Shown piece by piece: positions 56,382-64,000 of a stretch of 64,000 nucleotides of DNA. Every line of letters begins with the position of its first letter. Within the stretch, counting starts at the first letter, position 1. Source of the stretch: Chrysomallon squamiferum (Eukaryota > Animalia > Mollusca); the NCBI GenBank assembly GCA_012295275.1, contig CM022676.1, positions 14,446,001 through 14,510,000 on the forward strand, given 5' to 3'. The notes beneath the pieces were generated by a model, which was not told the DNA's origin, did not search any database, and was given only the letters and a program-made list of their open reading frames with translations. The position numbers and the translations under genes were made by a program.

Positions 56382-59300
56382 TAACAAAAAAACTACAAAA
56401 AATAAAAAAAAACAAAACAAGTATTGCTTGAAAATATAAAGGGTAAAGTTAAACAAAAAAGATTTATTAGAAATATTCAGTGAAACTTTAAACAAGAACG
56501 TATTATTCGAAAATATGCAGGAAACTTTAATCAAGAACAGATAATTAGAAAATATACAGGATTTCTTTAAACAAGTATGTATTATACGAAATATATAGGA
56601 TGACTTTAAAAAGAAACGTATTATTAGAAATATAGAGTAAAACTTTAAACAAAATACATATTATTAGAAAATATACAGGGTAATATTAAACAAAAATTAT
56701 TTATTAGAAATATAGAGTGAAGTTTAAAAAAAAATATATATTATTGGAAAATATCCTGGATACCTAAAAAAAAAAACAACAACAACAACAACAACAACAA
56801 AAAAAATGAATTGTTTGAAAATATGAAGGGTAACGTTAAACAAAAAAGATTTATTAGAAATATACAGTGAAACTCTCAGCAAAAAGTATTATTCTAAAAT
56901 ATACAGGCAACTTTAAAGAAAAAACGTATATTTAGGAAATATATAGGGTAACTTTAAACAGATCAGCATTATTAGAAATATACAGTAAAACTTTAAAGAA
57001 AAACGTGTTATTAGGAATATACACTGGATAACGTTAAACAAAATACATATTATTGGAAAATATACAAGGTAATATTAAACAAAAAGTATTTATTAGAAAA
57101 AAAAAACACGAATTGTTTGAAAATATGCAGGGCAACGTTAAACAAAAACTATTTATTAGAAATATATAGTGCAGCTTTAAGCAAAAATGTGTTATTAGAA
57201 AATGTAGGATCACTTTAAACAACAACGTATTATCAGAAAATTTGAACGATATCTTTAGACAAAAACATATTATTAGAGAATATACAGGTTAACTTTAAGC
57301 AAAGATGTATTATAAGAAAATATACAGCATAACTTTAAAGGAAAACATATCATTAGAAATATACAGAGAAACTTAAACAAAAATGTATTATTAGAAAGTA
57401 TACAGGGTAACTTTAAACAAAACACGAGTTGTTAGAAAATATACAGGGTAATATTGAACAAAAACGATTTACTAGAAATAAACACTGACACTTTAAACAA
57501 AAAAGTATTATTAGAAAATATGCATGGTAATTTTAAACAAACTTGTATTACTACAGAATATTCAGGGTAACTTGAAACAGAAACGTATTATTAGGAATAT
57601 ATACAGGGTAACTGTAAACAAGAACTTATTATTCGAAAATATATGTCAGAAATTTAAACAAATCATGAGTTGTTAGAAAATATACGGATTAATGTTAAAC
57701 AAGAACGATTTATTAGAAATATACAGAGATACTTTAAATAAAAACGGATTATTAGAAAATATACAGGGTAACTTTAAACAGATAAGTATTATTAGAAATA
57801 TATAGTAAAACTTTAAAGAAAGAAGTATTATTAAAAAATATACAGTAAAACTTTAAACAAAGAAGTATTATTAGGAATATATACTGAGTAACGTTAAACA
57901 AAACATGTATTATTAGAAAATACACAGGGTAACGTTCGACGAAAAATATTTATTAGAAAATGTAGGATAACTTTAAACAAAAACGATTTACTAGAAATAT
58001 ACACTTACACTTTAAAAAAAAAAAGTATTATTAGAAAATATACAGGATAACTTTAATCAAAAACGTATTATTAGAGAATACACAGGGTAACTTTAATCAA
58101 AACATATTATTAGGAATATATACAGGGTAACTTGAAACAAGAACGTACTATTAGAAAATATACGTGATAACTTTAAACAAAACACTTATTATAAGAAAAT
58201 GTACAGCATAACTTTAAAGCAAAGCATATTATTAGAAATATAGAGAGAAACTTAAACAAAAATGTATTATTAGAAAGTATACAGGGTAACTTTAAACAAA
58301 ACACGAGTTGTTAGAAAATATACAGGGTAATATTGAACAAAAACGATTTACTAGAAATACACACTGACACTTTAAACAAAAAAGTATTATTAGAAAATAT
58401 GCATGGTAATTTTAAACAAACTTTTATTACTACAGAATATTCAGGGTAACTTTAAACTAAAACGTATTATTAGAAAATAAACAGGATAACTTTAAACAAA
58501 AACGTATTATTAGAGAATACACAGGGTAACTTTAATTAAAAACGTATTATTAGGAATATATACAGGGTAACTGTAAACAAGAACTTATTATTCGAAAATC
58601 TATGTCATAAATTTAAACAAATCATGAGTTGTTAGAAAATATACGGATTAATGTTAAACAAGAACGATTTATTAGAAATATACAGTGTTACTTTAAATAA
58701 AAACGGATTATTAGAAAATATACAGGATATCTTTAAACAAAAATGTATTATTAGAAAATATACATTGTAACTTTAAAGAAAAACTTATTATTACAGTTAT
58801 ACAGTAAAATTGTATACAAAAACGGATTATTAGGAAATATACAAGTTAACGTTAAACACAAACGTTTTATTAGAAATATACAGTGAAACTTTAAACAAAT
58901 ATACATTATAAGAAAATCTACAGGGCAACTTTAAACAATACACCTATTATTAGAAAATATAGAGGACAAATTAAAAAAAATCACATATAATTATAAAATA
59001 TAGTTGAAAACGTTAAACAAACTTGTTTTATTACAGAACATTCAGGGTAACTTTAAACAACCAACGTATTATTAGAAAATCTACACGATATCTTTAGACA
59101 AAAACATATTATTAGAGAATACATAGGTTAACTTTAAACAAAAGCGAATTATTAAAAATATAGAGTGAAACTTGAACAAAAATATATTATTAGAAAATAC
59201 ACAGGGTAATTTTAAACAAAGCACGAGTTGTTAGAAAATATACAGGGTAATATGAAACAGAAACGATTTACTAGAAAACATATAGGAAAACTTTAAAAAA

Positions 59301-61000
59301 AAACATATTATTAGGAAAAAAAAAAAAAAAAAGTATTACTAGAGAATACAAAGGGTAACTTGAAACAAAAACGTATTATTAGAATATACAGTGAAACTTT
59401 AAACAAATATGCATTATCAGAAAATATACAGGACAATTTTAAACTAAACGTCTATTATTTAAAAATATAGAGAAATAATCAACAAATCACATATAATTGG
59501 AAAATGTAGATGATAACTTTAAACAAAAATGTGTTATTAGAAACTATACAAGATCATTTGGAACAAAAATATACTGGTAAAAAAAAAAGATAACGTTAAA
59601 CAAGCATATACTATTATAAAATTATCAGTGAAACGTGAAGCAATAGCACATTATCATAAAGCATACAGGGTAAATTTAAACAAAAATATATTATTAGAAT
59701 ATATAGTGAACTTTAAACAAAAACATATTATGAGCGATATATAAAACGCTTTATTACAGTTATACAGTGAAACTTTAAACAAAAACATATTATGAGCAAT
59801 ATATATATAGGGTAACTTTAAACAGCAACGTATTATTCGAAAATATAGGTGACAATTTTAAACAAAACACGAGTTGTTAGAAAATACACAGGTTACTGTT
59901 AAACAAAAACGATGTATTAGAAATGTACAGCGATACTTTAAATAAAAACGTATTATTAAAGTTATACAGTGAAACTTTATACAAAAAGGTATTATTAGGA
60001 ATTATACAGGTTAACGTTAAACACAAACGTTTTATTAGAAATATGTAGTTAAACTTTAAACAAATATGCATCTTTAGAAAATATACAGAAAAACTTTAAA
60101 CAAAAACGTATAGTTAGAAAATATACAGTTCAAATTATAACGAAAACGTATTATTAGAACATATACACGATATATTTAGACCAACATGTATTATTTGGAA
60201 ATATGCAGGTTAACTTTAAGCAGAAACGTATTATTAGAAAATATACAGGGAAACTTTAAACAAAAACAAATTATTAGAAATATACAGTAAAACTTAAAAC
60301 AAAATGTCTTATCAGGAATATACATGGTAATTTAAACAAAAACTTACTAATAGAAATCTCAACTTTACGTTTAAACAAAAACGCGTTATTAGAAATATAC
60401 AGTAAAGTTTTAAACCAAACGTATTATTAGAAACATACAGTGAAACTTTAAACAGAAACATATTAATAGGAATATATATATATATATATATAGGTGAACT
60501 TTAAACAAAAACGTTTTCTTAGAACTGTACTGGGAAAATATAAACAAAAATGTATCATTAGAAATATACAGTGACATTTTAAACAAAAACGTATTATTAG
60601 AAAATATAGATGATCGATTAAAACAAAACACATACAATTAGAAAATACAGAGAATAACTTCAAACAAAAACAAATTATAAGAAATGTAAAGTGAAACTTC
60701 AAGGAAAATGTTTTATCAGTAACTTACAGGGTATTTTAAATAAAAACTTACTAATAAAAATGTACACTGTAACTCTAAACAAAAATGTGTTACTAGAATT
60801 GTACTTTAAACATGAATATGTTACTAGAATTATAATGTGTAACTTTATTATATATATATAAACAAAAAGGTGCTGTTAGAAATATGCATTGCAATTTTAA
60901 ACAAACTTATAGATGAAAAAATGCAGTGCATCTTTAAGCAAAAAGTTATTATTTAATATAGAGTGCATCTTCAAACGAAAACCGTATTATTAGAAAAGTG
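56090..61000. repeat. ~4.9-kb degenerate A-rich satellite, ~40-bp monomer with higher-order duplications
   Basis: Consensus approximately ttattagaaaatatacagggtaactttaaacaaaaacgta. Block 57361-57570 recurs almost exactly at ~58240-58450. Confidence 0.92.
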
Positions 61001-62080
61001 TGTTTATATATATATATATCAGCAGCAGCAATATTATCAACATCATCGTCACCGACTTCATCACTATACTCCGCCCAGTCTTCTCTTCAGTTTTTGTATG
61101 GTTGTTTTAAGCAGAAATTGACCAGGCACAGATTTCGTTTCTGTTAAAATCCTTACTTTGAACAACTCTGTAAAATAATAATAAATACATTGTTTTTACT
61201 CTGACTGGTTGAGAACCACAACATAAATTATGAAATATCTGTGGTGTTTGGGTATAAATGTTTTACGTATAAATGAATTTATATATTAAAAGAAACTGAT
61301 AACTGTAATTACTTGTTTTCTTTCTTCTTTATTTTTCTCTGCTCATTTGGTGACTACTTCTTCTGTCACTGTTAAATGCTTCTTTTCTTTTTCCAGTCAA
61401 AGTGCCGTTTGTACCAGGCGAATCCAGTCTGTAGATTATTTATGATTTTTCCTGGATATAATCCATGTATCTGTTGGTTATTCGATAATCCATTTCTGAT
61501 GTAATTTTCGGATGATCCGTCAATTTCTCTCCTCGATAATAGGTGCAAGTTTTTAGTCTGATGCAATCCTTGGATTTAGTTTCTATGGGATCATTCTTGA
61601 ATCTCTTTTCTCCTTGATAATCTCTGTGAAAGTTTCCTCTAGGATAATCCGTCGCTTTAATTTCTCTGGTGTCATTTCTGTCTTTATTTGTATTCTGACT
61701 TTGTTTTAGGATGGTATCTGTCTTCTCCTGGATAATCGCTCACGGATTTTCTTCTGAGATGATCTTTGTCCGTATTTGCTTTCGTAAAATCTCTTTCTAT
61801 GTATGATTTGGAATTATTATTCTTTCGATTTATTCTCCAAATATACTTGTTTTGTTCTGGTATAATGTAACGTGAACTTTTTCCATCTTGACATCTGAAA
61901 GTGTGATTTCAGCCTCCACTGTGGATGACTCTCTTTCTGACGGCTTACTGCTGGCAAATCCTTCTGACGCCCTTCTTTTAGTACATTTGACTGATGTCCT
62001 TGTGTTACTGTCTTTGTTTACCAGCCTACTGCTAATATCTTTCTCTGACGTCCATCTGTTACTACTTCTGTCTGACTCTC

Positions 62081-63245
<1,165 letters not shown>

Positions 63246-63566
63246 CTGCAAAATAAACCAAAAACTTTGTTTTATATTATTAGTATTATTGTTGTTGTTG
63301 TTGTTTCCGTTTGAGTTAATATAAATTCCTATTATACAGATATAGTCGGATTGTTATAAAGTATTGTTAGACAGATATACTGTCACTGTTATTAATTGTT
63401 ACTTCACTGTTACACTGTCACTGTTATAAAGTGTTATTACACTGATAAACTGTTAATGTTACAGTGCTATTACACTGTATAGTGTCGGTGTTATAAAGTG
63501 TTATTACAGTGATATATTGCCACTGTTATAAAATTGTATTACACTAGTATACTCTCTTTGTTATTG

Positions 63567-64000
63567 TATTGGTATATCGCTGTGTTACCCGGCAACGGTC
63601 TCGCAGTCACTAAGTCTTATGATGGTCAGCACTTGGATGTATTGACAGACAGTGGTCAGCTCATTAATTCTGTCTCAGTAGATTTGATCCCCAAACCGTG
63701 GAGTCTCACAGTTTACGATCAAAATCTGGTTGTTGTGTCACTGAGAGATAATGTAAACAGTTTATTTTGTGTGACGTCATCATGTGACGTCAAACGGGAG
63801 ACACATGATTCAGACAGACTGAGAAATTTGAGAGGTGTTACATGTGACAGGGAGGGGAATATGTTTGTTTGTGACTGGAATAGAAATTGTGTTGTTCAGT
63901 TGTCACGAGATGGTAATATTACACGTGACATCCTCACTGACCAGGATGGACTGTCCGAACCTTGGGCTGTCTGTTGTGAGGATAACAAACTGTACTTGGC
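63567..64000 (+). CDS. NHL-repeat / six-bladed beta-propeller coding fragment (TRIM-NHL-like), 5'-truncated and running off the window
   Basis: Open frame of 144 codons: YWYIAVLPGNGLAVT..HLDVLTDSGQLINSV..PKPWSLTV..LRNLRGVTCDREGNMFVCDWNRNCVVQLSRDGNITRDILTDQDGLSEPWAVCCEDNKLYL. Typical NHL blade motif (xGxxxDxxGNxxVxDxxxxxVxxxSxDG). Absent from the ORF track because there is no stop in the window. Confidence 0.85.

Overview
AT-rich, microsatellite-laden eukaryotic genomic DNA. It is most likely a mollusc (inference from the conodipine-like PLA2, the Cys-rich Ig domains, the SRCR exon and the NHL fragment). There is one 200-N scaffold gap at 39998-40197. Almost all ORFs in the supplied track are artefacts of repeats; the real genes are spliced and had to be assembled by hand from GT-AG exons. 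The window holds a cluster of highly divergent immunoglobulin-superfamily (IgSF) cell-surface genes in different states: a two-Ig type I receptor with an ITSM/ITIM-like tail but two lesions (26911-34052, +); an intact single-Ig, probably GPI-anchored gene (46338-48106, -); a receptor with a truncated Ig-like exon (38036-39997, +) and an inverted partial copy of it (62081-63564, -); and orphan transmembrane or tyrosine-motif tail exons (465-1109, 19704-19895, 51247-51966). Interspersed are an intact two-exon conodipine-like phospholipase A2 lacking the catalytic His-Asp, an SRCR pseudo-exon, an NHL beta-propeller fragment, dead Gypsy/Tc1/pogo/hAT remnants and four larger tandem arrays (53, 31, 35 and ~40 bp units). 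All gene models come from manual reading only; no database search was run.
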